The notes under the pieces: model-generated | The model's input: the letters and a program-made list of their open reading frames with translations, nothing else | Told to the model about the DNA's origin: nothing | Database searches by the model: none | Made by a program: the position numbers and the translations under genes | From: a virus | Length of the DNA stretch: 64,000 bases | IMG/VR virus record: IMGVR_UViG_3300045988_081755 | Direction: 5' to 3' (one strand) | Shown here: positions 1 to 9,742 of the stretch, one piece after another | Numbering within the stretch: position 1 is the first letter of the stretch | How the letters are laid out: each line of letters starts with the position of its first letter

Positions 1-477
1 TTCACGAGGAGTCTTGTCAGCTTTCGCTGCCTTTTCCTTCTTCATACCTTTGTCAGACTTCGAAGGAGTCTTGCGGTTTTTCTGACGTTCTTCGTACTCA
101 GCCTCAGCCTCTACCAAACGAGCTTCCTCTTCCGGAGTCAGTTGTTCTTCCGACTGATAGGTTGAGTTACGTTTGTTCTGACGCTGCATAGCAGCTTCGG
201 GTGAACCGTCTTCAGGGTCAGGGTCTTCGGCAGTTTCTTCTTTCGCAGCTTTCTTAGGAGCAGCCTTTTTATCAGCTTTCTTTTCAGCGACTTTCTTGGC
301 TGGAGCTTTCTTAGGAGCTTCCTCTTCTTGAGCGGTTTCGCCACCTAACTTGTCAAGGAACTCTTGAGCTACCTTAACTTCCAATTCACTTGAATTCTCA
401 TCGTTGATGATTTCTTCGAGCTTTTCAGCGTCGAACTTTCTGTACTTCATCCGAAGTGCTAATGCATTACTTGCCAT
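1..477 (-). CDS. Lys/Ala/Glu-rich protein, 3' end beyond window (MASNALALRMKYRKFDAEKLEE...; 159 codons visible)
   Basis: Open frame from ATG 477-475 to the window edge, so it has no stop and is absent from the ORF track. A TATATTTG box lies upstream. The tracked ORF 138..344 is another frame of this low-complexity region. Confidence 0.5.
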   Translation of the reverse strand, partial: MASNALALRMKYRKFDAEKLEEIINDENSSELEVKVAQEFLDKLGGETAQEEEAPKKAPAKKVAEKKADKKAAPKKAAKEETAEDPDPEDGSPEAAMQRQNKRNSTYQSEEQLTPEEEARLVEAEAEYEERQKNRKTPSKSDKGMKKEKAAKADKTPRE

Positions 478-541
478 AATCGTTTTTTACTTTTAATTAT
501 TAAAATTGTTTTTCTGTGATGTTTTATCACTTATCTCGCTA

Positions 542-549
542 CAAATATA
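542..549 (-). promoter_or_regulatory. Bacteroidota-type -7 promoter element TATATTTG
   Basis: Exact TAnnTTTG on the minus strand in the 478-596 gap upstream of ATG 477. Confidence 0.4.
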
Positions 550-596
550 ACTGGAAATTTTCGAAAAGGTTTGATTTTCTCCCCGAAAAATCGAAA

Positions 597-1046
597 TTAT
601 TTTTTGCCGGAATGACCAAATCCACCCGCACCTCTCTCAGTGTCAGTGAGTTCTTCGACTGAAGAAACTTCGACAACTTCCTCGGCTTTTGCATACGGAG
701 CAAAGACGATTTGGGCAATTCTGTCACCATTCTCGATTGTTTGTGGTTCTGTCGACAGGTTAATCAACGGAACACCTACTTCCCCACGATAGTCAGCATC
801 GATTGTTCCGGGAGCATTGATTACGGTCAAACCTTGTTTCACGGCACAACCGCTGCGAGGTCTAACTTGTCCTTCGTGTCCGGGTTCGATTTCCATGTAC
901 AGCCCAGTCGGAATAATTTTTCTTTCCATAGGGTTCAACACGATTGAGCCTTCCGGAAGATAAGCTCTTAAATCCATTCCTGAACTGTCAGGAGTTTTGT
1001 ACTCGGGAAGCGCATTCCCACTCTTGTTTACGATTTTCAGTTTCAT
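597..1046 (-). CDS. dut: dUTP diphosphatase (dUTPase)
   Basis: Trimeric dUTPase motifs: SSGMDLRA, GTIDADYRGEVGVPLINLS, RIAQIVF and C-terminal RGAGGFGHSG. Confidence 0.9.
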   Translation of the reverse strand: MKLKIVNKSGNALPEYKTPDSSGMDLRAYLPEGSIVLNPMERKIIPTGLYMEIEPGHEGQVRPRSGCAVKQGLTVINAPGTIDADYRGEVGVPLINLSTEPQTIENGDRIAQIVFAPYAKAEEVVEVSSVEELTDTERGAGGFGHSGKK

Positions 1047-1049
1047 CTT

Positions 1050-1556
1050 TTAAATAAATTTGAAATTGTTGATTAAAGATATCTGTATATATTTAACGGA
1101 ATATTCTCCTTTCGAGCCTCGAAGTTTTAAAGTCTCCGTTGACGGATTGTTACATACTACTTCCATAACCTCATCTTTGTACATCACTTGCGTTCCTCTG
1201 TAAAGAATATACCATTTGTCATAATTCCCTTGAACTCGACGCTGTTCATCATCCTTGTACTGAAATAGAGGCAAGCCATACGGTTGCCAGAAATTCCTTT
1301 CAATAAACTCTGATACATTATATCCTGGAGTGAATATTGTATCAACGTGGAACTTCGCACTCAGTTCCTCAATCTTTGCACGTTTCTTAGCAGCTATATC
1401 CGCTGCAACACTTGCATACGTCTGGTTCTGATAAATAACCGACCGCAGTTTGTGAGTCAAATACTCTAACTGCAAGCTGGTTAGGAACGAACGATGTTTG
1501 TTCTCTGTCCTTCCGTGTGTACAGGCTTCTTCTTTAACTTTGTCCATACTTCTCAT
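1050..1556 (-). CDS. hypothetical protein
   Basis: 168-aa ORF with an ATTATG start. It overlaps the primase stop by 4 nt. No motif recognised. Confidence 0.5.
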   Translation of the reverse strand: MRSMDKVKEEACTHGRTENKHRSFLTSLQLEYLTHKLRSVIYQNQTYASVAADIAAKKRAKIEELSAKFHVDTIFTPGYNVSEFIERNFWQPYGLPLFQYKDDEQRRVQGNYDKWYILYRGTQVMYKDEVMEVVCNNPSTETLKLRGSKGEYSVKYIQISLINNFKFI

Positions 1557-2602
1557 AATTTTATTTCGACTTTATTATAAAAGAAGCTAATCGGGTCAAC
1601 TGCACCCCTCAAGACTTCTTCAAGATATTCTAAATCAATATTTCCAGGGTCTATTCCTGGCTTCCTTATCGCTGTCACATACACTCTGTCGAATAGCTCC
1701 CGCATCTTTAATGCCGAGTCTTTGCTCTCGTTTATAGTTCCAAAATCGTATAACAGGATAACCGTCTTGACACCTTTACGACGCATCATGTTAATCTGTC
1801 CTTGACCGATATTGTTCCCGAACGTAAAGCAACACTTGATATCATCTAAATGCTGAAGACCTAACAGGTTGTCAATGTTCACTTTATCGAAAATGCCCTC
1901 AACGATTATCACCGTCTCAGTCTTCCCCTTGATTATTTCATCGCAACCCCCCAACAGGTCTTGAAAGTTATTCTCCGAGTTTCTGTAACGTAGTACCAAA
2001 TCAGCTTCATGACGCTTGTATGCCTCAAGATTTTCTTTATGCCATTCTTTTGAGTACCTACTTCGTGCCCACCATGCCACGCACACGCCATCAATCTTCA
2101 TTTTGAAAATAATGAAGTTCTTCAGCTTCGCCTCCAACGGTGTGTTAGTATAGGACGGTTCAAACTCCGCATAATGTTCAGGCTGGAATCCACGATTATT
2201 TAGATACTCATCGTCCTCCAACGGTTTCAGACGTAATGGTAAATGAACAGGTTTCAACTCTTCCTGTTCAGCCACTTCTTCACCCTCTTTCATCCAGTTT
2301 GACATTTCCCCTTGAAAGTCTTCACCAATCTTAGGACACGTGTCAAGTTCATTCGGCTTAACTGTATAGGAGCGTTTCGCAAGGTCAGTCCGGTTGAGCT
2401 TCTTTAAGAACTCATAGACGGACACCTTTCTCGGACACTTCCAACAGTGGAACGTCGCGACTCCGTTCATGTTGAAGATGATACCCCACTTCCCTGCCTT
2501 GCCGCAGAACGGACATTCCATGTCCTTGTTTGTGAGCCACCCCTGTGAACCGAACGGAGTCAGATTGAAATCCGATATTATTTGTTCCTTGTCGTACCTC
2601 AT
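1553..2602 (-). CDS. DNA primase (zinc-ribbon plus TOPRIM-like)
   Basis: CPFCGKAGKW...HCWKCPRK zinc ribbon, followed by an acidic VIIVEGIFDKVN / LLYDFG TOPRIM-like core. It lies directly downstream of the helicase. Confidence 0.55.
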   Translation of the reverse strand: MRYDKEQIISDFNLTPFGSQGWLTNKDMECPFCGKAGKWGIIFNMNGVATFHCWKCPRKVSVYEFLKKLNRTDLAKRSYTVKPNELDTCPKIGEDFQGEMSNWMKEGEEVAEQEELKPVHLPLRLKPLEDDEYLNNRGFQPEHYAEFEPSYTNTPLEAKLKNFIIFKMKIDGVCVAWWARSRYSKEWHKENLEAYKRHEADLVLRYRNSENNFQDLLGGCDEIIKGKTETVIIVEGIFDKVNIDNLLGLQHLDDIKCCFTFGNNIGQGQINMMRRKGVKTVILLYDFGTINESKDSALKMRELFDRVYVTAIRKPGIDPGNIDLEYLEEVLRGAVDPISFFYNKVEIKL

Positions 2603-2609
2603 AACGAAA

Positions 2610-4244
2610 TTATTTTCTTCGGGGGACAGGTTTCTTTTCAGGTTCCCGAGCTCCCTTTGCCGATAAATATTCTTTTAACGACTGTTTTGTTTGCTTCTTA
2701 TTTAACGTCTCTTTTGGCTCTTGCGGGACACTTTCCCCCTCGCCCACTACCTTTGTACCAAATACTCCTGGAGCTATCTCTACTCGCTCCTTTCGTTCCC
2801 CAACAGCCGACTCACCGTTTCCCTTCTTAGAGCGACGGCTTTCCAACTTGTCAAGAGCTGACATATCAAGAACCGCCTCTTCAGTTGTTGAACGTGAAAT
2901 ATCGTAGAAGAAGCCATTCTCGTAATTAGTAGGAATGCGAATGATAATTCCGTTGTTCTTATAGTTACGGAGTTTATCACAATAAATACGAGCGATGTTC
3001 TTCTTTCCTTCTTCGATAGTTATGTTACCCGTGAACACGAATGAGAATGGCTTGATAAGTGTACGGTCGCCCTCTGTATTCTGACGAGTGATTACTCGTG
3101 TTGGGTCATTCCACACTTCGAAGGGAACATCCCCTGTTTGAGTAGCTGTTATCACCACACAGTCATACTTCTTCGCAATATCCTTGAGCCGTTGGGCACA
3201 CTTCTGTAACCTGTATTTGAGAAAGCTGGGGTCGAAGTCTATCTTCTTGTTTTCCCCCGACAGTAACAGGTCAAGCGAGTCGATACATATCAAGTCAGGA
3301 TAGTAACCATACTCTTTCTTATAGTCCTCAATCGCCTGCACCAAATCCGCTATCGTCATGTCCATCATCTCTTCTGAAGCATACACGTCAATATCGGAGT
3401 TCACGGTTGCTGCCCTCTTGATGAGAGCTGATATTCGTGAACGTGTCTCATCGGTGATTTCACCCCTCATTATCTTTGAATAGGTAGTGTTCGCGAGCAT
3501 TTGGTCAAACTTCACCACGCACTCTTCACGACCACCCTCTAACTGAAAGTGAAGACAGTGATTATGGGCGATTGATGTATTGTACCACGAGAAGTATTTC
3601 AGAGCGGTTGATTTACCAACTCCGGAGCGCATAATAATCAATGCAGTATCCTGTCGGGGAATACCACCGTCAGTCAGTTCGTCTATCGTTGAAATTCCTG
3701 TCGGTATCTTTGCCCGACGAGTTTCATCCTCGGCTTTCATTTGTGCCGTTCCTATGTTACGATAGAAATCCCTGTACACACGGGAAAACTTCCCACGAAA
3801 TTTATCAAGAGAAAAAGCGTTAATTTCCGCCATTCTTCTTTCCAGCAAAAGCATCGCCTCTTCCGGCTTTCCTTCATTATACATATCCCCGACCTCGTGC
3901 TGAGTAGCCACGAATGTCTGACGTCTAATAAAGGTTTCAAGCTGCCTGACCATAGGGTCGTATTCAGGGAGCTTGATAGCTTTCACATCTTCAATTTTCT
4001 TGAGCACATCCTTGTTAGAAGGAAAAGCCATTTCAACCATGCCAAACGTTGCCAAGTTACCCGACTTCTTCATCGTGTCTGACAGAACTTTCAGCATAGC
4101 TTTACAGCCTCCCAACTCTCTCGGGAAGTTACTCAAGTCGAGATTATCTACAACCAACGCAGCGAACTGTTTATTCGCGAACGCCAGTCGTAGCATTTCC
4201 TCTACGAAATTCGGACTCAATATTGCGTCAACCTTTTTTGCCAT
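2610..4244 (-). CDS. DnaB-like (SF4/RecA-fold) replicative helicase
   Basis: Walker A MRSGVGKST and Walker B DLICIDSLDLL. Adjacent to the primase. Confidence 0.6.
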   Translation of the reverse strand: MAKKVDAILSPNFVEEMLRLAFANKQFAALVVDNLDLSNFPRELGGCKAMLKVLSDTMKKSGNLATFGMVEMAFPSNKDVLKKIEDVKAIKLPEYDPMVRQLETFIRRQTFVATQHEVGDMYNEGKPEEAMLLLERRMAEINAFSLDKFRGKFSRVYRDFYRNIGTAQMKAEDETRRAKIPTGISTIDELTDGGIPRQDTALIIMRSGVGKSTALKYFSWYNTSIAHNHCLHFQLEGGREECVVKFDQMLANTTYSKIMRGEITDETRSRISALIKRAATVNSDIDVYASEEMMDMTIADLVQAIEDYKKEYGYYPDLICIDSLDLLLSGENKKIDFDPSFLKYRLQKCAQRLKDIAKKYDCVVITATQTGDVPFEVWNDPTRVITRQNTEGDRTLIKPFSFVFTGNITIEEGKKNIARIYCDKLRNYKNNGIIIRIPTNYENGFFYDISRSTTEEAVLDMSALDKLESRRSKKGNGESAVGERKERVEIAPGVFGTKVVGEGESVPQEPKETLNKKQTKQSLKEYLSAKGAREPEKKPVPRRK

Positions 4245-4254
4245 ATCATTTCAA

Positions 4255-6354
4255 TTATACTGCATCAACTTTAATTAGAACGGTGCTCTCTCGTAGCTTG
4301 TTAATTGCCATGAAAGATGAAGAAACTGTATCATCGTGCCCACTGATACTCTCAAGAGTTCCCTTATCGCTTCGAAAAGCAACACTATTGAACTCCCCAA
4401 ACATCTGGTCTACTTTTTGCTTCGTATCCGGATGATACGGGCACTTGATAGCTCCTCTCTCATATAACGCTGCGAGCGACGCCCATCCTGTTCTCAAATC
4501 CTTTTTATTCCCGGAAGTAGTCGTGAATGGCGTGATGTTCTTTATTCCCATTTGAACGCACATATCAGCCAAAATACTTTGAAAGCCGTTGTTCTCAACT
4601 ACTATCTCATTTGGCTTAAATACACGGTTCAACAAATCTATCTTTGATATCTGTTCATTATGGGATAAGCCTTTCTCACGGTAAATGTGCAACAGGTAGT
4701 AATTTCCTTGGATATCCTTTCCCCAAACTGTATAGCAGGTATAGTCGGCTCCCACGTTACCCGACACGGCAAAGTCGCAACCAATCACCACCCGTACCAA
4801 CTTGATAGGAAAAGACTCAATATTATCTACCAACCTGATGTTTTCCATCCCGATTGTACTCCTCTTTAATATCTCCCAAGGGAATATTGTACTGTCGTCG
4901 GAAATAGGTACGACAAGGTACTCACGAGAGAATACCATCGTCCCCAGAGACAGTTTTTCCTCCATTAGCTTATTCCATGTGAAGCGGTCAGGAGCTAACA
5001 GACGTCCGTCCGGAAATATTGCAGGGTACTCAAAGACCTTGAACTTCGGGTCTTTCTTTAATTCGGCATATAAGTCCTCCTGCTGATACGGTGTACCATC
5101 AACGAGATTATACCCATACGGCTCAACAATAGGAGTGATAGCACCTTTAAACAGGTCTCTCAGCTTCTCACGCTGTTCCAGCGAATAGATACTACTTTCG
5201 TCAGGCAAGTCATCACTGACTGCTGCCCCAACGTGAAGACCACGAATAAACCCGTCCTTTCCACGTAGGTGTAATTTCGTACCATTTTCACATTCTATAC
5301 TCGTCGCTGCCAGTGAAGCCTTCCCAGTAGGGTTCAGTTTCGCTGCCAACGCTTCATTCACACGAATTTCCTCTACCACCTTGTCGATATGCTGTTTACC
5401 CAGCTTCTCCGTATTGGTGATAATACAGGTTTCCTGACGATTCTTATTATCTGGAATGTCAGGTCTCATAAACGTTGGTCGTCTATAACTATACAGCCTC
5501 CACAACGGAAACGCCATACAGAACTCATAGGAGTTGTGAACAACGGTTCCATCCTCTAATTGAAACAGGTGGTCACCATCGCACATAAATCCATAATAAG
5601 ACTCTTCCCCTATCGGTGAAACTGTTATATTACTCCTTTCTAAGACAGGCTTATCAAATGAGAAAACTCTGTACCCCTGAAATCTTCTTTGTTTCTTTTC
5701 AGGATACTTCAGGAATTGACCCATTTCAATCTCAACATATTTCTTTCGCTTCGTATCCCACAGGCACATCACGTGTGCTCGGTTCACCGCATATGGCATA
5801 CCGTTTTCTTGCTCAACCCTGAACATCTGTGCCCGACCTATATGCCGAGTCAGAACTTTTCGAGGTGTAAAATCAATTCCCATGACTTCCATTCCGGGAT
5901 AAATGTCTTCAACGTTCTTCACGGAAAAGTCCGCCATTAAGATACGAGTCCCTCTGGCAAAACACTTTCCGTGAGAACGAGCAGCAAGATAAGCACTGTT
6001 CGGATATAGTTGAACCATGTTCCCCCATTCAAGATTTCTCCAACCTTGACGAAAATTAGGAAGCATAGTCGTTTTGAAATAGTTGTACGACTGAACCTTT
6101 AAGGTCTCATCCATTGATTCCTCTAATTGGTCAATGTAGTTAAGCCGTTCAGTCTCAAGAGTAGTATTTAGGGAAAGAACATTATTTGTCTGAATGAAGA
6201 TTTCTGATAGGAGTGCGTCCACATCACCCCCATAGCCGTTCATCAACTGATTTACAGCCACAGGTGGTAAAGACTCTATAACGTTGAACGCAGTAGAAAA
6301 GACGGTGTCCAACTGTTTATATGATAGCTTCAAATCTTCATTAAAATGTATCAT
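4255..6354 (-). CDS. terL: terminase large subunit interrupted by a mini-intein
   Basis: The P-loop AARSHGK/S is reconstituted once residues 131-274 are removed. The C-terminal RNaseH-like nuclease has acidic motifs VIGCDFAVSG, VVENNGFQS and HDDTVSS. Confidence 0.8.
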   Translation of the reverse strand: MIHFNEDLKLSYKQLDTVFSTAFNVIESLPPVAVNQLMNGYGGDVDALLSEIFIQTNNVLSLNTTLETERLNYIDQLEESMDETLKVQSYNYFKTTMLPNFRQGWRNLEWGNMVQLYPNSAYLAARSHGKCFARGTRILMADFSVKNVEDIYPGMEVMGIDFTPRKVLTRHIGRAQMFRVEQENGMPYAVNRAHVMCLWDTKRKKYVEIEMGQFLKYPEKKQRRFQGYRVFSFDKPVLERSNITVSPIGEESYYGFMCDGDHLFQLEDGTVVHNSYEFCMAFPLWRLYSYRRPTFMRPDIPDNKNRQETCIITNTEKLGKQHIDKVVEEIRVNEALAAKLNPTGKASLAATSIECENGTKLHLRGKDGFIRGLHVGAAVSDDLPDESSIYSLEQREKLRDLFKGAITPIVEPYGYNLVDGTPYQQEDLYAELKKDPKFKVFEYPAIFPDGRLLAPDRFTWNKLMEEKLSLGTMVFSREYLVVPISDDSTIFPWEILKRSTIGMENIRLVDNIESFPIKLVRVVIGCDFAVSGNVGADYTCYTVWGKDIQGNYYLLHIYREKGLSHNEQISKIDLLNRVFKPNEIVVENNGFQSILADMCVQMGIKNITPFTTTSGNKKDLRTGWASLAALYERGAIKCPYHPDTKQKVDQMFGEFNSVAFRSDKGTLESISGHDDTVSSSFMAINKLRESTVLIKVDAV
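5533..5964 (-). mobile_element. mini-intein (144 aa, Hint domain, no endonuclease domain) in the TerL Walker A loop
   Basis: It starts with Cys straight after GK (CFARGTRILMADF). Block B is VNRAHVM. It ends GTVVHN followed by Ser(+1). Coordinates were checked codon by codon. Confidence 0.75.
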
Positions 6355-6357
6355 ATC

Positions 6358-7041
6358 TTAAACCAATTGGAACTTTTCTATGAATCTTGATTCTTTTCTG
6401 GTTGATGAAATTGTCGGAGCTGCGGAGCCACCTGTTCCTCTCATGTGCTCAATGTACTTCAGCATCAATAAAGCATTGGCTCTCGTATCAATAAGCGCAC
6501 GGTGGGCATCTACCAATTCAACACCCTCAAGTCGGCAGCAGGTTCCGAGTTTATAGTTCTCTTGCTCAATGGCTCTGTAATACGCCAATTTCTGAGTATC
6601 CTCAACCCAGCGAACATAGTTGTAGACGTCATCTTTATTCCATTTGAACATCTCCTCTATGAACGGCATATCGAAGCCTTGAAAGTTGTGTCCGCACAAT
6701 ACGGCTCCAACTTTTGTATTCTTGTATTTTGACAGAATAGAGGCATAACCCCTGTATGCTTCTTTGATATCAACTCCGTTCTTAAACAGGTTTTCTTGGG
6801 ATAACCCATGAACGGCTTCTGCCTGTGGTGACCATTGATATTTGTCGACATACGGTTTAATCAGAACATCGAACTCTTCGACTATCTTCATATCCCAAAT
6901 ATCAATAACAACTGCTGCAACCTCTATGAGCAGAATGTCATGAAATGCTAATACAGGCTCTTTTCCTTTACCACCTTTCGATGGTAAGCCTGATGTCTCG
7001 GTATCACTAACCGTGATGTACCTCAAATTGCTTTTTGCCAT
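6358..7041 (-). CDS. DEDDh 3'-5' exonuclease (DnaQ/epsilon-like)
   Basis: ExoI VSDTETSGL, ExoII CGHNFQGFDMPF and ExoIII HRALIDTRANA. Confidence 0.8.
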   Translation of the reverse strand: MAKSNLRYITVSDTETSGLPSKGGKGKEPVLAFHDILLIEVAAVVIDIWDMKIVEEFDVLIKPYVDKYQWSPQAEAVHGLSQENLFKNGVDIKEAYRGYASILSKYKNTKVGAVLCGHNFQGFDMPFIEEMFKWNKDDVYNYVRWVEDTQKLAYYRAIEQENYKLGTCCRLEGVELVDAHRALIDTRANALLMLKYIEHMRGTGGSAAPTISSTRKESRFIEKFQLV

Positions 7042-7054
7042 AATCGTCTTTATT

Positions 7055-7441
7055 TTAAGAAATCATAAATTTCAAATCTTCTAAATCTCGGTCTCTGACC
7101 TCAACATCGTCGTAAACCAATACAAGGTTTAAGACAGGGTTCTTTTCACCTTTCAATCCCAAGGGAAAGTCATTTAACACTATCGTAGGCTCACCCTCCA
7201 TTGTAATATCAGCACGACACTGAATCACATAAAACTTGATGACAGCCTGTTCAGTTCTGTCATGAAATTGAAACAATTTTGAATTGAACTTCTTTTCAAG
7301 TTTCTCAATAAACTTGCTGAAAGATTCAATAAACTTTTCTTCGGTTTCGCTATTGCCCCCATCAATTAGGAGGTCAGCCAACCGCTTCGCCCCGAACAGT
7401 AAGCAAAGCCTCATGAGAATACCTGTTATTCTTTCATCCAT
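7055..7441 (-). CDS. hypothetical protein
   Basis: 128-aa ORF in the operon. A TAAATTTG box ends 7 nt upstream of its ATG. Confidence 0.45.
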   Translation of the reverse strand: MDERITGILMRLCLLFGAKRLADLLIDGGNSETEEKFIESFSKFIEKLEKKFNSKLFQFHDRTEQAVIKFYVIQCRADITMEGEPTIVLNDFPLGLKGEKNPVLNLVLVYDDVEVRDRDLEDLKFMIS

Positions 7442-7448
7442 TGTGCTA

Positions 7449-7456
7449 CAAATTTA
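7449..7456 (-). promoter_or_regulatory. -7 promoter element TAAATTTG (very short leader)
   Basis: Exact TAnnTTTG in the 19-nt gap between 7461 and 7441. Confidence 0.35.
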
Positions 7457-7460
7457 CTAA

Positions 7461-7874
7461 TTAAATATCATCTTTACAAACCGATGTTCTCGTCCCAAAC
7501 TCATACTCCTGATGACACTTTGGGCACGTGAGTTCTATGTTTGTTTTCTCAAGCCTTAACTCGGGAAATGCTCCTTTGGATTTAATGTGGCTAAAATATA
7601 TCGGTTTTAGAGGCTCAGGGAGCTTTGCGCCACAATGCGTACACACGTGAGCACGCTCCGCCCATATTTCCTTAAAGAGAGCCAATTCACCCGTTGCTGG
7701 TCGGAGTTTAGGTTTCTTCGCCTTATTCCTTTCCGCACGAACCTCAAATCGGGACTTCCCTTTGTGGAGCCTCTTATAGTTACAGTCGTCACAAAGGCAC
7801 TTCGTCTTATTCACGATGTAACGGTATTTGCCGCACTCCTTACAGTTCTGAAATGGTTCGTTATTCTTCGCCAT
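7461..7874 (-). CDS. HNH / NinG-like zinc-finger endonuclease
   Basis: An N-terminal Cys4 ribbon (CKECG...CDDC), then CTHCG...SHIKSKG...KTNIELTCPKCH. This fits the H-N-H beta-beta-alpha-metal pattern with two CxxC pairs. Confidence 0.55.
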   Translation of the reverse strand: MAKNNEPFQNCKECGKYRYIVNKTKCLCDDCNYKRLHKGKSRFEVRAERNKAKKPKLRPATGELALFKEIWAERAHVCTHCGAKLPEPLKPIYFSHIKSKGAFPELRLEKTNIELTCPKCHQEYEFGTRTSVCKDDI

Positions 7875-8520
7875 AATCTGTCATCCTTGATATTTCCCTT
7901 AATGTAACGTGCGTCCCGTTTAGCTGTTTCAGCTCCTCATCGCTTTTATCCGCTTCAGACGCTTTTTGATATAGATTCTTCCCACTCTTGTCCTTTACGA
8001 ATAACATTTCACAGTCTTTCTTGAACGGACACGAATAGCATATATCGTCATCAGGATTATACGGGTTATCACCAAATTTCGCAGCGCAAAAATTCGGACC
8101 AGATATTCTTGACATCCTCAACCGTTCCCGTCTAAACACGTCATCTGATACAGGCTGATAATTCGTAGATGCCACAGGGTTCTTCAACCCCTTTTCTCTT
8201 GCCCACTCCTTTGCGTGCCACTTTGCTTCTTCCGAATATTCCTTCCAGCGTTTCCATGCTTCTTTTCCCATAAACCAGCTCGGCATAGGTTTCAGCTCAT
8301 GTTCTTGGGATGAATACACATGGAATTGAAACAATAAAAAGTCCCAAATGAAATCCGCTCCTGCTGATGGTGGAAGGCTACCAAGAAAAGATACAACCGT
8401 AGAACGGTGTAAAGGTTTATTCATCTTTATCGTTCTCGGCTGTACCTTTGTTGCCCTCACCTGAAGATATTCATATATCCGCAGGACAATCTTTAGAGAA
8501 GTGTTATAATCATACAGCAT
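7861..8520 (-). CDS. hypothetical protein
   Basis: 219-aa ORF with a GATTATG start. No confident motif. Its position leaves small terminase as an untested possibility. Confidence 0.45.
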   Translation of the reverse strand: MLYDYNTSLKIVLRIYEYLQVRATKVQPRTIKMNKPLHRSTVVSFLGSLPPSAGADFIWDFLLFQFHVYSSQEHELKPMPSWFMGKEAWKRWKEYSEEAKWHAKEWAREKGLKNPVASTNYQPVSDDVFRRERLRMSRISGPNFCAAKFGDNPYNPDDDICYSCPFKKDCEMLFVKDKSGKNLYQKASEADKSDEELKQLNGTHVTLREISRMTDYGEE

Positions 8521-8537
8521 AATCGTCTTTAATTTAG

Positions 8538-8561
8538 GAAGAGGGAAATTACTCCCTCTTC
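8538..8561 (-). terminator. stem-loop terminator (GAAGAGGGA / TCCCTCTTC)
   Basis: 9-bp perfect stem with a 6-nt loop, just downstream of the stop at 8565. An A/T-rich tail follows on the minus strand. Confidence 0.45.
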
Positions 8562-8564
8562 ATT

Positions 8565-9134
8565 TTACTCCCAATCTATCGTCACGTCAATTGACTCCTG
8601 TTGGGGGTGGGTTACAGGTTTATAACGTCGTCCCGTCGGGTCTTGGGGGTCTGGCTCACAGACGTCATTATATTGCTGTTTGGCAGCATCCACATCAACG
8701 TGTCGACAGAACCATAAACCTATCTCATCTCCGGGATTCAAATCACCAACCTCAAGAACCGCATCTTCCGTCATATCAATGAACTTTGCCCTGAATGGTT
8801 TATTATTCGGGGATAGTACATTCTCCATTGACTTCTGATTGTATTTGTTCACAACGTTCATCTCCCCAATAGCTAATTTGTAGGAACAAATCGCATCCTC
8901 GGGACGTGTTATCTTTATCGTAATGTTTCGAGCTGGCTGCTGAAATTCATTCTTCAAAACGATAGCACGATATTCGTCTCTTCCTGACTTCATTGTCATC
9001 AATGATATCTCGTCAAACAAGTTCCCAAAGTCATCATTTGAAACAGGGGTGGAGGATTTAAATCCTCCTAATGAACGTTCCGGGTTCGGCTGTTCATTGT
9101 TTGCCCCAGTTGTTGTCGTATAGTACAGTTGCAT
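8565..9134 (-). CDS. hypothetical protein (possibly structural)
   Basis: 189-aa ORF at the distal end of the fibre module. No motif recognised. Confidence 0.45.
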   Translation of the reverse strand: MQLYYTTTTGANNEQPNPERSLGGFKSSTPVSNDDFGNLFDEISLMTMKSGRDEYRAIVLKNEFQQPARNITIKITRPEDAICSYKLAIGEMNVVNKYNQKSMENVLSPNNKPFRAKFIDMTEDAVLEVGDLNPGDEIGLWFCRHVDVDAAKQQYNDVCEPDPQDPTGRRYKPVTHPQQESIDVTIDWE

Positions 9135-9137
9135 AAT

Positions 9138-9740
9138 TCAAGACAATTTTAGTTTTAAAATCTTATTTCTTCTCATTATCTGAGCCTCAGACAATTTACG
9201 TCTATGCTCCTCGGTCATCTTTTTACCAAAGAATGGGTGATTCTTTCCACTCTTTGAAGCGGACATTTTCTTACGAGTATCTTCCGAATGTCTTTTATGG
9301 TAGAAGGGATTCTTCTTTCCAATTTTTGACTCAGAAAGCCTCCTTCTTTTCTCTGGGGTTAAATTTTCTCTTCTTTTAGATTCAGCCATCTTTTTAATGG
9401 CGTCTTCAGAAAGACTCATCCCCAAAGTTCCCTCACCACCATCGGTTGAATTATAACCATGTTTTCGGGTGTCGAATTTCTGAATGAAATACTGTTCGAG
9501 AAAATCGAGTTTCTTCTTAAGAACGTCTTTCGTAGGAGCGGAAACTGTCAGAACTTCTTCAACCAGGAAGTTCTCCTCACCATACTTTCGTATGGCTCGG
9601 TGGAACTTGTGGTCGGAGCCTCGTTCGGTTGAACAAATATGCCTCCTCCATCTATTTTCTATGGAGTAAACTGTCTGCCCAAAGTACCATTTCCCAGTGG
9701 GCAGACAGGTGACGCAATATATTCGACCATTGAAGCTCAT
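9138..9740 (-). CDS. GIY-YIG homing endonuclease with NUMOD3 repeats
   Basis: GRIYCVT...WYFGQT...RWRRH...NSTDGGEG catalytic domain. Two NUMOD3-like repeats follow: SESKIGKKNPFYHKRHSEDTRKKMS and ASKSGKNHPFFGKKMTEEHRRKLS. Confidence 0.8.
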   Translation of the reverse strand: MSFNGRIYCVTCLPTGKWYFGQTVYSIENRWRRHICSTERGSDHKFHRAIRKYGEENFLVEEVLTVSAPTKDVLKKKLDFLEQYFIQKFDTRKHGYNSTDGGEGTLGMSLSEDAIKKMAESKRRENLTPEKRRRLSESKIGKKNPFYHKRHSEDTRKKMSASKSGKNHPFFGKKMTEEHRRKLSEAQIMRRNKILKLKLS

Positions 9741-9742
9741 AA

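Noticed and set aside
138-344. Tracked 68-aa Lys/Arg/Leu-rich ORF
   Set aside because: It is an alternative frame of the longer 1..477 coding frame, which has its own ATG and promoter. Its composition is an artefact of the low-complexity AAG/GCT-rich sequence.
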